DNA of 63,808 bases, filler included, from Octopus bimaculoides (taxonomy: Eukaryota), in NCBI RefSeq assembly GCF_001194135.2. It is 6 parts of 6 records of this genome, joined end to end, with 100 filler letters (N's around TTAATTAATTAA, not from the genome) between each part and the next. Parts side by side here need not be neighbours in the genome. Positions count along the whole stretch, not along the records: positions 23,474 to 43,280 come from NC_068982.1; 5 more parts are not named here. One strand, 5' to 3'. Every line of letters starts with the position of its first letter. Position 1 is the first letter of the stretch. The notes under the pieces were generated by a model that was not told the origin of the DNA, ran no database searches, and saw only the letters and a program-made list of their open reading frames with translations. Below are positions 26,202 to 38,226 of this stretch, in pieces. A program made the position numbers and the translations under genes.

Positions 26202-26245
26202 ATAGCGACTTCGAAGTTTCGTAATGCTTGCCTTCATCAAACCAT
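26202..26245 (-). ncRNA. Decayed minimal hammerhead motif (C3U, damaged stem II)
   Basis: 5'-ATGGT tTGATGA a GGCAAgcaTTAC GAAA CTTCGAAG TC^ GCTAT-3'. Perfect 10-nt palindrome ACTTCGAAGT; stem I has 5 bp with two G.U. Confidence 0.55.
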
Positions 26246-26294
26246 CTGATAAAGATGAGAATGATGATGATGATGATGATGATGATGTTTGCGT

Positions 26295-26325
<31 letters not shown>

Positions 26326-26444
26326 CGCGCGCTTCTATTTACAAGCGAAAACCTCTCAATACATAAAGAAGAACGTGTATATTACTTGAAGCAAAAAGCT
26401 TCTTGAGGACAAACTTTGACACCTGCGTTTTCAGCATTATCCTG

Positions 26445-26665
26445 ACCATTCGGGCGGCGAACTGAAAGAATCGTTAGAGCACCGGACAAAATGCTTAGTG
26501 GCATTTTGTCCGTCTTTACGTGCTGAATTCAAATTCCGTCGAGGTCTACTTTGCCTTTCATCCTTCTGCGATCGATAAAATAAGTACCAGTCGAGCACTG
26601 GGGCAGAGGTAAATAACTTGCCTCGTCCCCTTGCTGGCCTTGTGCTAAAATTTGAAGCCAATTCT
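26445..26665 (+). mobile_element. OR-type SINE
   Basis: ggcggcgaactgaaagaatcgttagagc..gaattcaaattccgtcgaggtc..gataaaataagtaccag. Confidence 0.85.
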
Positions 26666-26774
26666 ATCCCGACCATTAAGTAATTAGCAACACGAAATTA
26701 AAGAATACGCTTCGTGAAGTTAAAGAGATTTCAATCTTTTAATTATAAAAAAAAAAAAAAAGAAATCTTTAATA

Positions 26775-26950
26775 AGGCGTAGGAGTGGCTGTGTGGTAAG
26801 AAGCTTGCTTACCAACCACATGGTTCCGGGTTCAGTCCCACTGTGTGGCATCTTGGGAAAGCGTCTTCTACTATAGCCTCGAGCCGACCAAAGCTTTGTG
26901 AGTGGATTTGGTAGACGGAAACTGAAAGAAGCCCGTCGTATATATATAAA

Positions 26951-26982
<32 letters not shown>

Positions 26983-27185
26983 CGTGTTTGTATCCCCACT
27001 CTCACTTGACAAACGATGCTGGTGCGCTTACGTCCCCGTAAATTAGCCGTTCGGCCAAAGAGACCGGTAGAATAAGTACTAAAGCTTACAAAGAATAAAT
27101 CCTGGGGTCGATTCGTTCGACTAGAAGTCAGTGCTCCAGCATGGCCACAGCGAAAAATGACTGAAACAAATAATAGAATAAAAAA
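26775..27185 (+). mobile_element. OK-type SINE, full length; another 3' half follows at about 27200-27392
   Basis: tRNA-like head, central (TG)n, 3' stem-loop tail. Confidence 0.92.
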
Positions 27186-28010
27186 AATAGAGAGATGTGT
27201 TGGTGTGTGTGTTTGCATTGTGTTTGCCCCTACCACCGTTTGACAACCGGTGTTGGTTTCGTTATGTCCATGTACAAGAGACCGATAGGATAAGTACCAA
27301 ACTTTATAAACGTAAGTACTGGGGTTGACTTGTTCGACTAAATCCGTCAAGGCGGCGCCCCAGGATGGCCACCGTCTAATGAATGAAACAAGCTAAGTGA
27401 TGTCTATGTGCTTATGTATGTGTATGAGTGTATATGCGTTTGTGTATATTTGTCTAAATGTTTCAATGTGACGTTACAGAATTGATGTTTAGATTATTTA
27501 TTATTCATATCAATTCTATATTTCTTTCAGAAAAACATGACGAGTCTTGGAAATATTTTCTAATGTGATGCTGACTTACATGATAACAAGTTTTAAAATA
27601 AATCATTCGTTCCGAGTTATTGTCTTCTTCTCATGCGAAATGGAGTGATTATAATCAACATTAATCATTGAGAGTGGTTAATGTGAGATACATGAGAATT
27701 GCTGTAAACGTGGGAAATATTGCTTTATGAAAGATTAGTGTGTTAAGAATAGAAAATTATACATAAAAGAAATATATATACAGGGTGTCACGCAATGTAG
27801 TATACAACTAATAGTATGTTGGTATTTGATACTATAAATAATTTCGTATGAGCACCATAGAACATTGTTAAACTCCTGGCGAGTCGGATCTGTTGCTTCA
27901 CTTAACACACATTTGACATTATTCCTCATTTATACGATATCAAAATAGTGAGTAAAGTAGTGAGGTTTACTTGACTGATTTGACCTTGGTAGGCAGATTT
28001 TATGCAGTAA

Positions 28011-28479
28011 CCCTTTCGATACCAACCCGTCTGAAACCGCCTCTGGCTCTGTAGTATAAATGTCTTGCTTTCATAAGTTCTCATTTAAAATCTTCCACCA
28101 AACCTTAGTCACAATTTATGCTCCTAACACTAAGTTTTTTTTTTTTTACTAAATTCTTTGTTATATTTAAAATTAATTGAAAGAAACACAGATCATCTCA
28201 ACAGAAATATGGTAACAAAAGGGTTAAATATATATAATAGAGAAACAATTCTTAACGCTTTTGATAGCAGCCTGGCTGAAACTGGTTCTGGCTTTGTAGT
28301 ACAAATGTCTTGTTTTCAAAAGTTTTGAATTAAAATCTTCCACCAAACCTTAGTCACAATTTATGTTCCTAACACTAGCTTAATAATAACTAAGTCTTTT
28401 TTTACTAAATTCTTTGTTATATTTAAAATTAATTCAAAGAAACACAGAGCATCTCAACAGAAATACGGTAACGAAAGAG
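28011..28479. mobile_element. Two tandem piggyBac-type MITEs (28011-28223, 28256-28479)
   Basis: Ends (g)TAA|CCCTTT..AAAGGG|TTAA; the two bodies are clearly homologous. Confidence 0.8.
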
Positions 28480-28530
28480 TTATCTACTTCAAACTATATC
28501 CAACCATTTTAAATAAAGAATAAACTAGAT

Positions 28531-28700
28531 CAATGTTTCTCAGCCTTCGTTTTTTTTGTTACCTATGAACCGTTTTGATTTTTGTTTTACTCGGATGAAC
28601 CCTCAGGGCCATTCGATGTTTTAAAAAATCCCCATTATATTCCTAGAATTAAATATTATTAGGAATCGTACATAAAAATTGTTGAAATATTTTTTGTGTA
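28531..28700 (+). mobile_element. hAT-type MITE fragment homologous to 31317-31590
   Basis: Shared gccatt.gatgt..aaaaa.tcc..attaaatattattaggaat..aaaaattgtt. Confidence 0.65.
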
Positions 28701-28902
28701 TTTTTTTATTCTTTTACTTGTTTCAGTCATTTAGTTACTATAATTTATTAGTTTCTTTTGCATATTCTTAGTTTATGTAGGTGTATGCAAATATAGTATT
28801 TGTATATCCCATTTATGTTCATTAGAAATGAGATAAATAAAGAATTTTGACATGTACGAATATTTATTCCCTCCCCCACTGCATTAGGTAATGTGATCCT
28901 AA

Positions 28903-29281
28903 CAAAGATGGGCACCGTTAATCGAAAAGTTGACTTCGTTAACCCGTTAACCAAGAAGTTAACTTCGATAACCGTTGATCAGTTAATTATTTCCTCATGT
29001 AACGGAAGTTTTCGATAAACCGTTAACGTTAATTTTTATTATAGAAAAAAAAAATCAGTTTTTGCTTTAAAGTCACCTAAAAACACTTTTAAAAATTGCC
29101 AAAACTATAAAATCCGTTGATTTCAATTCAATTGAAGGTAACGGAAGTTAACTCAAGTTGACTTGAGTTAACGGAAGTTAATTAGTCCGATAATGATTTC
29201 AAAAGTTAACTTAAAAGTTAAATCGTTAACGAAATTCGTTAATTGACGATTAACGGATTAACGGTTTGGTGCCCAGATTTG
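28903..29281. mobile_element. hAT-like MITE with dense subterminal GTTAAC/TAACGG repeats
   Basis: Imperfect TIR caaagatgggcacc / ggtgcccagatttg; internal palindrome gttaactcaagt-tg-acttgagttaac. No clean TSD found. Confidence 0.7.
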
Positions 29282-29489
29282 AAGCTTAGATATAATGTGC
29301 TTGTAAAACAAAAAATGAGCCTAATGACTTTGATCCTATTTAGATCCGCTGGATCAGAGCTTACTTGGGGTTAAATAACAACAATACCAACAACAAAGAC
29401 GTAATCTCTATGGAGTGATCAATCTGTAAGAAATAACAACCAACCTACCCTCAACTTAAACCCTATCATTTAAGGGGTGGAGAATGACT

Positions 29490-29790
29490 CTTCGTCGATT
29501 ACGACGACGGGTTTTCCAGTTGATCCGATCAATGGAACGGCTTGCTCGTGAAATTAACAAGCAGGTGGCTGAGTACTCCATTGTTGCGCGTATCCTTAAT
29601 GTATCCTTCTAAAATAGATTCAACGTGACACAGACTGTGACAAAGCTGACCCTTTGAATTACTGGTACATTCATTTTTGCCAACTGAGTGGACTGGAGCA
29701 ACGTGAAATAAAGTGTCTAGCTCAAGGACAGAACGCGAGATCAGGAATCGAACTCACGACCATACGATCATGAACCGCATATCATTTAAG
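29490..29790 (-). mobile_element. tRNA-headed SINE with LINE-like 3' tail
   Basis: B-box (reverse) ggaatcgaactc; body ctgagtggactggagcaacgtgaaataaagtg; tail shared with 29930-30245. Confidence 0.8.
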
Positions 29791-29929
29791 GAAAACAAAT
29801 GCATACAGAATAATACAGTCCACGGCGCACTCTGTCTGGGGAAAAGAAAGGATTATCAAGGCCGGAATGCCTTTTGTCAGCTCATTTTGTCAGCTCACTT
29901 CCTTCATAAAATGCTATTGAGTAAACGTG

Positions 29930-30245
29930 AAGGCGAAATCGCGGTTTCGATTCCCAGACCAGGTTTTGTGAGTATTTATTGAGTGAAAACACCTAAAGCG
30001 CCACGAGGCTCCGGCGGAGGGTGGTGATAAACTGTACTCTTTCACCATAACTTTGTCTCACTCTTTCTTCCTGTTTCTATTGTACCTGTATTTCAAAGGG
30101 GCCAGCTTGGTCACACTCTGTGTCACGTTGAATCTCCCCGAGAACTACGTTAAGGGTACACTTGCACGTTAATTTCACGAGCAGGCTGTTCCGTTGATCG
30201 GATCACCTGGAACCCTCGTCGTTGTAATCGATGGAGTGCCACGAT
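29930..30245 (+). mobile_element. SINE with a different body but the same 3' tail
   Basis: ggtttcgattccc head; tail gtcacactctgtgtcacg..ttaatttcacgagcaggctgttccgttgatcggatca..ccctcgtcg. Confidence 0.8.
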
Positions 30246-30982
30246 TGAATGAATAAATATATTAATAACTCCGGTAGGGTTTCAGTCATGTTTGCAGAAA
30301 AAAGGGAAAATGTTATCGAATGTTTTCGTCAAAAGTCATTTGGAATATATGACTTTCGTTAAGTGTTCATTTCTTACGAAAAATACATCGACAACAACCA
30401 AGATTAACAACAACTACATCGACAGGCACATGAACAAAATATGAGGGACAGTTCCATCGACTATATCAGTCTGTAAAGAGAATTACAACAAAAAAAGATT
30501 TATAAGTTTTTGAGAAACTAAACTGAGGTTTTCTATTGCTATAATGACACATAAAACTTTCCAGACGATTTATTTCTTTGGCTTCGAAAATCCGGATTTA
30601 TAGAATTCAAGTAGCTAAATTTAACCAGATGATTAAATGCCGTCTTAGAGTCGTACTACATACATACTTTCTGATAAAATATTTCAACTAGGTCATTTAG
30701 TTTGTTGCACAACATTTACGTAATATATCGTGGATGTCTTACATATGGTTAAATAGTCGATGACATTTCTCCCGGTGCTTTTTTTTCACTTTTTTTGTTT
30801 GTCTATTGCTTATTTTAAATACCATTCAGAAAAAGTCGTGGAAAGATACTATCAGCCTACATGAAGGCAAGTATTGTAACCCGTTGTTTTAACCCCAGGT
30901 CATCCCTGCTCCAGTAGACCTATGGTCGAAAGCATTCATCCATGATCACTCTGTCATATGTTTAAGATAGCGTATTCTAGAC

Positions 30983-31258
30983 CAGTGCTTCCCAAACTAT
31001 CTGATGTGGTGTACCGGCAGTTTTTTTCCACTGCTAGGGACCGGTAATTATTCTTAGTAATATTAATTTATACCGGAAACAATATTTATAATGAATATAA
31101 TTAAAGTTGACAATTTTTTTTATCTTATGTAAACAAATAATACAATATTACATAAGCATTTTTTAATGTTTCTTTCCTTTCTGAAACTCGCCGCGTACCG
31201 GCAGCTGATGGCTCGTAGACTGGTACCGGTCCGCGAATTACAACTTTGAGTAGCACTG
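30983..31258. mobile_element. hAT (Charlie/Buster-like) MITE, 276 bp, nested in a SINE-like repeat
   Basis: TIR cagtgcttcccaaa / tttgagtagcactg; perfect 8-bp TSD TTCTAGAC (30975-30982, 31259-31266), matching the NTCTAGAN preference of Charlie-type hATs. Confidence 0.9.
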
Positions 31259-31316
31259 TTCTAGACTACATTATACATTGACTGCAGTTTCTTGCAGGTT
31301 TGGCAAACATGTGAAT

Positions 31317-31590
31317 TAGTGGTTCCCAACCATTTTTTTTTGTCTATGGATCCCTTTGATTTCTATTTTGCTCGGTGGGCGGCGGCGGGGCTTATAGCCA
31401 TTTGATGTCTAAAAACTCCTATTGTATTTTTATGATTAAATATTATTAGGAATTGATGAAAAATTGTTTGAATATCTTATCAATTATAGAAGTGTAACCA
31501 GATTATTGTACATAAATTTTCACGTCAAAATCTTATATGGACCCCGGCTGAAAAGCGAAGTTTATATGGATATAAAGAACCCGTGCTCTA
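31317..31590 (+). mobile_element. hAT-type MITE, decayed right end
   Basis: Left end tagtggttcccaacc, the same TIR type as 7744. Confidence 0.65.
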
Positions 31591-32087
31591 GGACAACCGC
31601 CAAAGACAACATTTGGGCAAGTGAAATAAGAATGTACCCAACTCAACGTACACCCAAAGACGAGACAAAATAAATAAAGAAGCTAAATACACTCAACAGC
31701 GTTTTATCTCAGTTTCAAGTCACAAATACTTCATAAATAATATTGTAGAATTATACGCCGTTTATGTTATGTACATCAGAAGTACACCAGATAATGTTAT
31801 CCATGGTTTATGAAACGTCTATGGAACTTGCTTCAATTTGTATGGAAGGTACAAAGCACTTAAAAACTTTCAAGACTTTTAGTTATTAGTTTTGTGAAAC
31901 AGATATAATGAGAGTGATATCCTCTTAGTTGATTCTACGACTTACATAAACAGAAGCTAACAGAAACTACAGAATGTTAAATTATTTCAACCTATTTGTC
32001 TAATTTTTTTTTTAAGCAAGTAAACTGAGAGAAGGGATTCTTTTCTAAACCATCGTCATATATCCGCCATATAACTTATATTCGTTT

Positions 32088-32272
32088 GAAATATTGGCAT
32101 AAGGCCAGCAATTTCGGGGAAGGGGTTAGTCGATTATATCGACCCAGTATTCAACTGGTACTTATTTTATCGACCCCGAAAGGACGAAAAGCAAAGTCGA
32201 CCTCAGCAGAACGGACGAAATGCCGCGAAGCATTTTGCCCAGAGTGCTAACGGTTCTGCCAGTTTGCCGCTT
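32088..32272 (-). mobile_element. OR-type SINE
   Basis: agtcgattatatcgaccc..ggtacttattttatcgaccccgaaagg..aacggttctgccagtttgccgc. Confidence 0.88.
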
Positions 32273-34095
32273 TATAAATTACTTATATTGAATGCATATC
32301 GAGTGGCCTTTTGTTTCTGAGTTTTGGACAATTGACATTGTGTGTGAGGCATACATACATATGCCTCACAACAGTTGTGCATATGCCTGTCTATGTATGT
32401 TTATCGATGTGTGTGTATGTGTGCGTATCTTGATGCCCTGCTCGCTCCGGTGGCTCAGGGTGGATTTAGATTTTTGTCTTGCTTTTGCAACAAAGTGTTC
32501 CTCAACAACAATTCAGAGATTTACGGCAGTTCTGTGTTCCGTTCAGGTTATTATTTCTTCTACATATATTACTCTGTACCGAAACGCTGGGTGGTGTGGC
32601 TTTATTCCGATATCCTGAGACGAATTTCTCGTTTGTTTCATTCTACATAACTTTCTCTGCATGTGCAACCTAGTTTGCAAGCAACGCTGGTTTTCTATCG
32701 TATCAGGCAAATGCTGTCTGGTGAACCAGACAGCGTCTAAAATAGCATTTCTTTTTTTAATTTTTGTGCGCGTGTGTTGCTATGTCTGTCTGTTATTATC
32801 TAACGATGTGACTTCATCTCGTGAATCGAGCCAGAAGACCAGTCCTCTTTGAACATTTCTTAAATGGTTTTGAAGCTGTTTTCTGTCTTGGCGTCAACAT
32901 AGGCTCAGCTTCTATTGTTTTTCTTTTACTCTTTGCGTTTCTTTCGCGCGTCTCTCCTTTCTTTTACACTCTTCTTTTCTTATTCTTCATCTTCGTCTTT
33001 TTCACTGCTGTTCCCCTTGCAGTCCCTTGTCATTATCTTTGCTTGCTGTTCGCCTGATTGACGTTAGGGCCAGGTTGTCTGGGACTTCTACTTTGTCTGT
33101 AGTTCTTTATGTCGTTATCGCCCTAGTTGACATCATAGATAGAGGGTCTATGAGATCTAAGCTGCATTTTTCTATTCCCTGTTGCACGCGTTCCCACGTA
33201 GTCTCCAGCAGATACACCTCCCCGGATGATTCGTTCCTGTGATGGCAACACAAAAATACATGATACCATCTACATCCTACATGATAGCACTAAATCTGAC
33301 ATCAAAATCCTGCATCAAATGATTTCCTAATCCATTCCAATTTCGCGTCATCATTTCCTTCAGACGAGCCACAATTCGAATCTTTTTTTTTTTTTTACCC
33401 GGATTCCATATATCCACGTAGCAAAGAAAATCTCCTCCCCGCAAGGGGCAACGTCAGAGAACTTTGTACTTCAAAGAGTCCCAGGAGGCTAAGGACATCT
33501 CAGGGGTCAGAGAGGTCAGTTCCTGATGTTAACTAACACTACGAGTGCAGTGACCATCTTTATTGCGTGTATAGAAATTCCAATAAAACTTTGACAATAT
33601 CTTTTAAATTATATTTTGGCATATTCATTGTTCATTACTTACGTTCCTATGTGTTAATTATTTTCCCGATACAAGCTCAGAAACTTCTGTTAAGAAAGAT
33701 TTAGTGTGATTCTTGATAGAATTCCTGACGAGAAAATAAAGGTAAAGCTTAAAGATCGGTTGTCTTTTAATGATAAAGTTGAAATGGAAGTATTAATATG
33801 ATCGTTAGAAATCTGTCAGACTTTCACTAAATTGGAAGGAAAAAAGAAAGAACGAAAACGAAGAAGAAATTTCAGAAGCTCTTTCAACCAGTGATTAGAT
33901 GTAGGAAATTCTAAAAATGCTTCGTCTTTGAGTGCAACATCAATCAACAGAACTTCAAAATTAATATGTGTAATTCGGCACGAATCCATCAGAGCGTGGG
34001 CTTCCATCACACTCTCTGGCATTCATTTTTTAAAAATATATATTAAAAAGAGACTTCGAATTTTTTTCGAGCGCCAAAGATCCAGAAACTACGCT

Positions 34096-34460
34096 ATGTA
34101 TGTATGTATGTATGTATGTATGTATGTATGTATTATGTATGTATGTATGTACGTGTGTGTGTGTGTATGTACGTGTGTGTGTATATATGTATATATGTAT
34201 GTTTATATGTATGTATGTATATATGCATGTATGTATGTATGTATGTATGTATGTATGTACGTGTGTGAATGTATGTACGTGTGTGTGTATAGGTGAGTAT
34301 GCATGTATGTATGCATGCATGTATATATGTATGTATGTACGTGTGCGTGTATGTGCGTATGTATGTATGCATGTATGCTTGTATGTATGTATGTATGTAT
34401 GTACGTGTGTGTGTACGTATGTATGTACACATGTATACATGCAAGCATTTATGCATGTTA
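34096..34460. repeat. Degenerate (TATG)n/(TG)n microsatellite
   Basis: Direct reading; explains the cluster of MYVC/HTYI ORFs. Confidence 0.95.
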
Positions 34461-34764
34461 TATATGTATAATATTCTTTTTTTATTAGAAATTGATTAGA
34501 GTTGTGGTGTGAGATATACAACTACTTTCTGTATAAATATATTTTTAATATATGTGCGTTTGCGAATATAAGATTGCTATTTTTTGTATATAAATGTAAA
34601 TATATTTCATTTGTATTTGAACTATGTAAATATATATTTGATTGCATTTGTAATTACATTTCCATCTTAACTTTATCAAAACTACTGCCCTGAATTTGTC
34701 AGCAAGTGAAACGCTAGAATACGATTGCTTTTTTTTATTTTATTTTATTAATGAATGCAATTAT

Positions 34765-35222
34765 AAGCGGTGAGACGTCAGAATCGTTAACGCACCGTGC
34801 AAAATGCTTAGCGGCATTTGATCTGTCTTTACGTTTTGAGTTCAGATTCCACTGAGGTCGACTTTGTCTTTCTTCCTTTCGGGGTCGATAAAATAAGTAC
34901 CAGCCCAGTTGAGCAGTGGGGTTGATTATATCCACCAAACCTGCTGGCCTCGTGTCAAAATTAGAAACCAAATTTATTAAAACAGCTGCTCTGAATTCGT
35001 CAGCAAGTGAGGCCGCCGCTTTTAATTCTATTTATTAATTGCAGAATCGTTTGCACATCGGACAAAATGCTTAGCGGCATTTCTTCCGGCTCTTTATGTT
35101 CAGAATTTAAATTCTTCCGAGGTTTACATTGCTGTTTACCCTTTCAGGGTCGATAAAATACGTACCAGCCAAATACTGGGGTCGATATAAGTGACTTGCT
35201 TCTCTTTCATCAAAATTAGAAA
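34765..35222 (+). mobile_element. Two OR-type SINEs (34765-34972, 35040-35222) in a tandem duplication
   Basis: Both have gcagaatcgtt..aaatgcttagcggcattt..gtcgataaaata.gtaccag and share a roughly 37-bp upstream flank. Confidence 0.85.
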
Positions 35223-35742
35223 GCAGGAATTTTTGAATACAACGACTTGTTGAAAGTGTTTTTATTTATTTATTTATTTTGTTGTTGTTTACAATACCCG
35301 AAGAAAGGGCAGTGTCCATGACCTTCGCGGGCTCACAGCAACTGGTGGACATTGGTGCTATTAGAAGTTCTTTTGAGCTATATCAGGTCAATACTTGCGG
35401 GAAGACACGTGTCAGAGGGAGTTCCAGACGCCCGATCCTCCAGGAAAGGAAACCAAGTCCTAATAGTTAGCGCATAATTTGGGAGTTGGACACTAAAAGG
35501 TTGATGAGAGAAAAGAGTGGGTCCAGAATGATTGAACGGAGATGGTATATGGCCAGCCAGCTCCAAAGAGCAGAAGTTATTTCGTACGGTAGAAAAGATA
35601 ATTATTACCTTTTGAGGTATTTATTCCCATGCTGGCCACCTGATAAGATCAGTATTTTAAATAACGATCTTATCCTTATATATATATATATATATATGTG
35701 TGTATATATTGGAAGGTTTGGAGGTGATGTACAGGAATTATA

Positions 35743-35921
35743 TATTAGAAAAAATAATAAGGCACTCAGATATCTGGATAGTTGTACATTTACAGATATA
35801 TCTGAAGAACCTACAAGAATAGGTGCAAGCGCTAATATTTATAAAACATGTGACAGATTAATAAAAATCTGTAAATGTACAACCATCTAGATATCTGAGT
35901 ACCTTATTATTTTTTCTAATA
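35743..35921. repeat. Fold-back element: 55-bp inverted arms (3 transitions) around a 69-bp loop
   Basis: 35743-35797 vs reverse complement of 35867-35921. Confidence 0.92.
35798..35838 (+). ncRNA. Minimal hammerhead motif (A13C) in the fold-back loop
   Basis: 5'-ATAT CTGAAGA ACCTA-caagaa-TAGGT GcAA GCGC TA^ ATAT-3'; stem III is the palindrome AGCGCT. Confidence 0.65.
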
Positions 35922-36955
35922 TATATATATACATACATACATGCATACACACACACAGACACGTGTGTGTGTGTGTGTATTATGTGCAAACAACTTTCAG
36001 ACGCAAGTACTACCAGCTGAAAGCTCCAAATGCAGGACAGTAGCAAGTTTATGGGGTCAACATGACAATTACAGAACCCATGAACGTTTTCCGGTTTTAC
36101 GCATTTTGTAGAGGTTTGTGTAGGTCTATGCTTTTTCATTGTACATTCCCACCAGGCATCTTTTAACAACTTCTGTTAGTATCTTTTAACAATTTCTCCC
36201 ATGCTTGGAATTTTAGTAATTTACAAACAACTTCATCATAAGATGCTAAATCCAGCGGAAATTTAAATACAGAATGGACTGTGTTTAAGTTAGTATAGTA
36301 AAATTTAGTCTTTAATGCCACACATGTAAAAAAAAAAAAAGGCCTTGTTTATATTACTAGGAGAAAAAATATTTTATTAGTGAGAAAGCATCATTGCACA
36401 TTTTACAAAAAGGATATAACTATATTTGTTTAACTTAAAGAATAATTTAAAAAAATTAAATTGTAATTTGATTGTCCGTCTGAAGTATAGAATCATACAA
36501 ACATGTTTATATTCGTTTTAAAGGAAGTTACGAACTCTGCAATTTAAACTTTAATCTCTTCCGGTATCATTTACATTCTCTAATGTGCGCTGTTAATAAT
36601 AATAATTAATTGTCAATTTATTAATTAAACACTGCTCAAAATACAAAATAAATAACATCATTAATTTTTTTTTTAGAAGGACCTCGTTAATATGAAGTTA
36701 TTTTAAAATTTATAAATTCAATCGTTTTCTATAGCGAACAAACAAACTTCAGCCCTGCCTACCAACGGACTTAGGTAACCAACAATGGATTCAGTTACTT
36801 TTTTTTTCTTCTTCTGATAATCTGGCGTCTATGTAAGAATTACCGCATAGCATACTTACTGTACGCTATTGAAACACGTATAAGGACTATGTAATTTATG
36901 AGGCCATAATAAAGCCTTTAACCGAATCTCTTGTTTTGTTCTACTCTTTATACGT

Positions 36956-37004
<49 letters not shown>

Positions 37005-37005
<1 letters not shown>

Positions 37006-37149
37006 TTCTGTCGACCAAATTCACTTACAAGGCATAGATCAACCTGGGACTATAGAGGAAATCATATGCTCAAGGTGCCGCGTTGTGGAATAGAACTCAA
37101 AACCACATAGATGCAAAGCGAGCTTCTTAATCACACAGCCACGCCTGCA
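37005..37149 (-). mobile_element. OK-type SINE, 5' half (diverged)
   Basis: caaattcacttacaaggc..actatag..caaggtgccgcg..aaaccacat..cacacagccacgcctgcacc. Confidence 0.75.
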
Positions 37150-37150
37150 C

Positions 37151-37199
<49 letters not shown>

Positions 37200-38024
37200 A
37201 ATCGTCTGTCTGTCTGTCTGCATGCCTGTCTGCCTACCTGTCTGTCTGTCTGGCTGGCTGGCTATCTATCTATCTGTCTGTCTGCCTGTCTCTTTTTCTC
37301 TCNNNNNNNNNNNNNNNNNNNNNNNNNNNNNNNNNNNNNNNNNNNNNNNNNNNNNNNNNNNNNNNNNNNNNNNNNNNNNNNNNNNNNNNNNNNNNNNNNN
37401 NNNNNNNNNNNNNNNNNNNNNNNNNNNNNNNNNNNNNNNNNNNNNNNNNNNNNNNNNNNNNNNNNNNNNNNNNNNNNNNNNNNNNNNNNNNNNNNNNNNN
37501 NNNNNNNNNNNNNNNNNNNNNNNNNNNNNNNNNNNNNNNNNNNNNNNNNNNNNNNNNNNNNNNNNNNNNNNNNNNNNNNNNNNNNNNNNNNNNNNNNNNN
37601 NNNNNNNNNNNNNNNNNNNNNNNNNNNNNNNNNNNNNNNNNNNNNNNNNNNNNNNNNNNNNNNNNNNNNNNNNNNNNNNNNNNNNNNNNNNNNNNNNNNN
37701 NNNNNNNNNNNNNNNNNNNNNNNNNNNNNNNNNNNNNNNNNNNNNNNNNNNNNNNNNNNNNNNNNNNNNNNNNNNNNNNNNNNNNNNNNNNNNNNNNNNN
37801 NNNNNNNNNNNNNNNNNNNNNNNNNNNNNNNNNNNNNNATTACTGTATACATACACGATTTCTTATAATGGCCAACAATGTCTCGCTCTGTGCGAATTTA
37901 TCAGACGAATGAAATATATAGATTGGTTGATGGAATCTATAGTCAAAAGTAGGAGAGGGCGCTATTTGGAACCATGATTTCTATGAAAATAGGAACGGGT
38001 GGTTATAATGTTTTATAATCCTTT

Positions 38025-38226
38025 CTATTATAGGCCCGAAGCTTTGCGGGAGGGGACTAGTCGATTACATCGACCCCAGAATTTCACTGGTACTTAATTT
38101 ATAGACCCCGAAAGGATGAAAGGCAAAGTCGACCTCGGCGGAATTTGAACTCAGAACGTAGCGACGGGCGAAATACTGCCAAGCGTTTCGTCCAGCATGC
38201 TAACGTTTCTGCCAGCTCACCGCCTT
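38025..38226 (-). mobile_element. OR-type SINE, near consensus
   Basis: agtcgattacatcgacccc..ggtacttaattta..gtcgacctcggcggaatttgaactcagaacg..tctgccagctcaccgcc. Confidence 0.92.

Noticed and set aside
33816-34022. 68-aa minus-strand ORF MPESVMEAHAL..
   Set aside because: Its 3' third is a polypyrimidine tract and no family was recognised.
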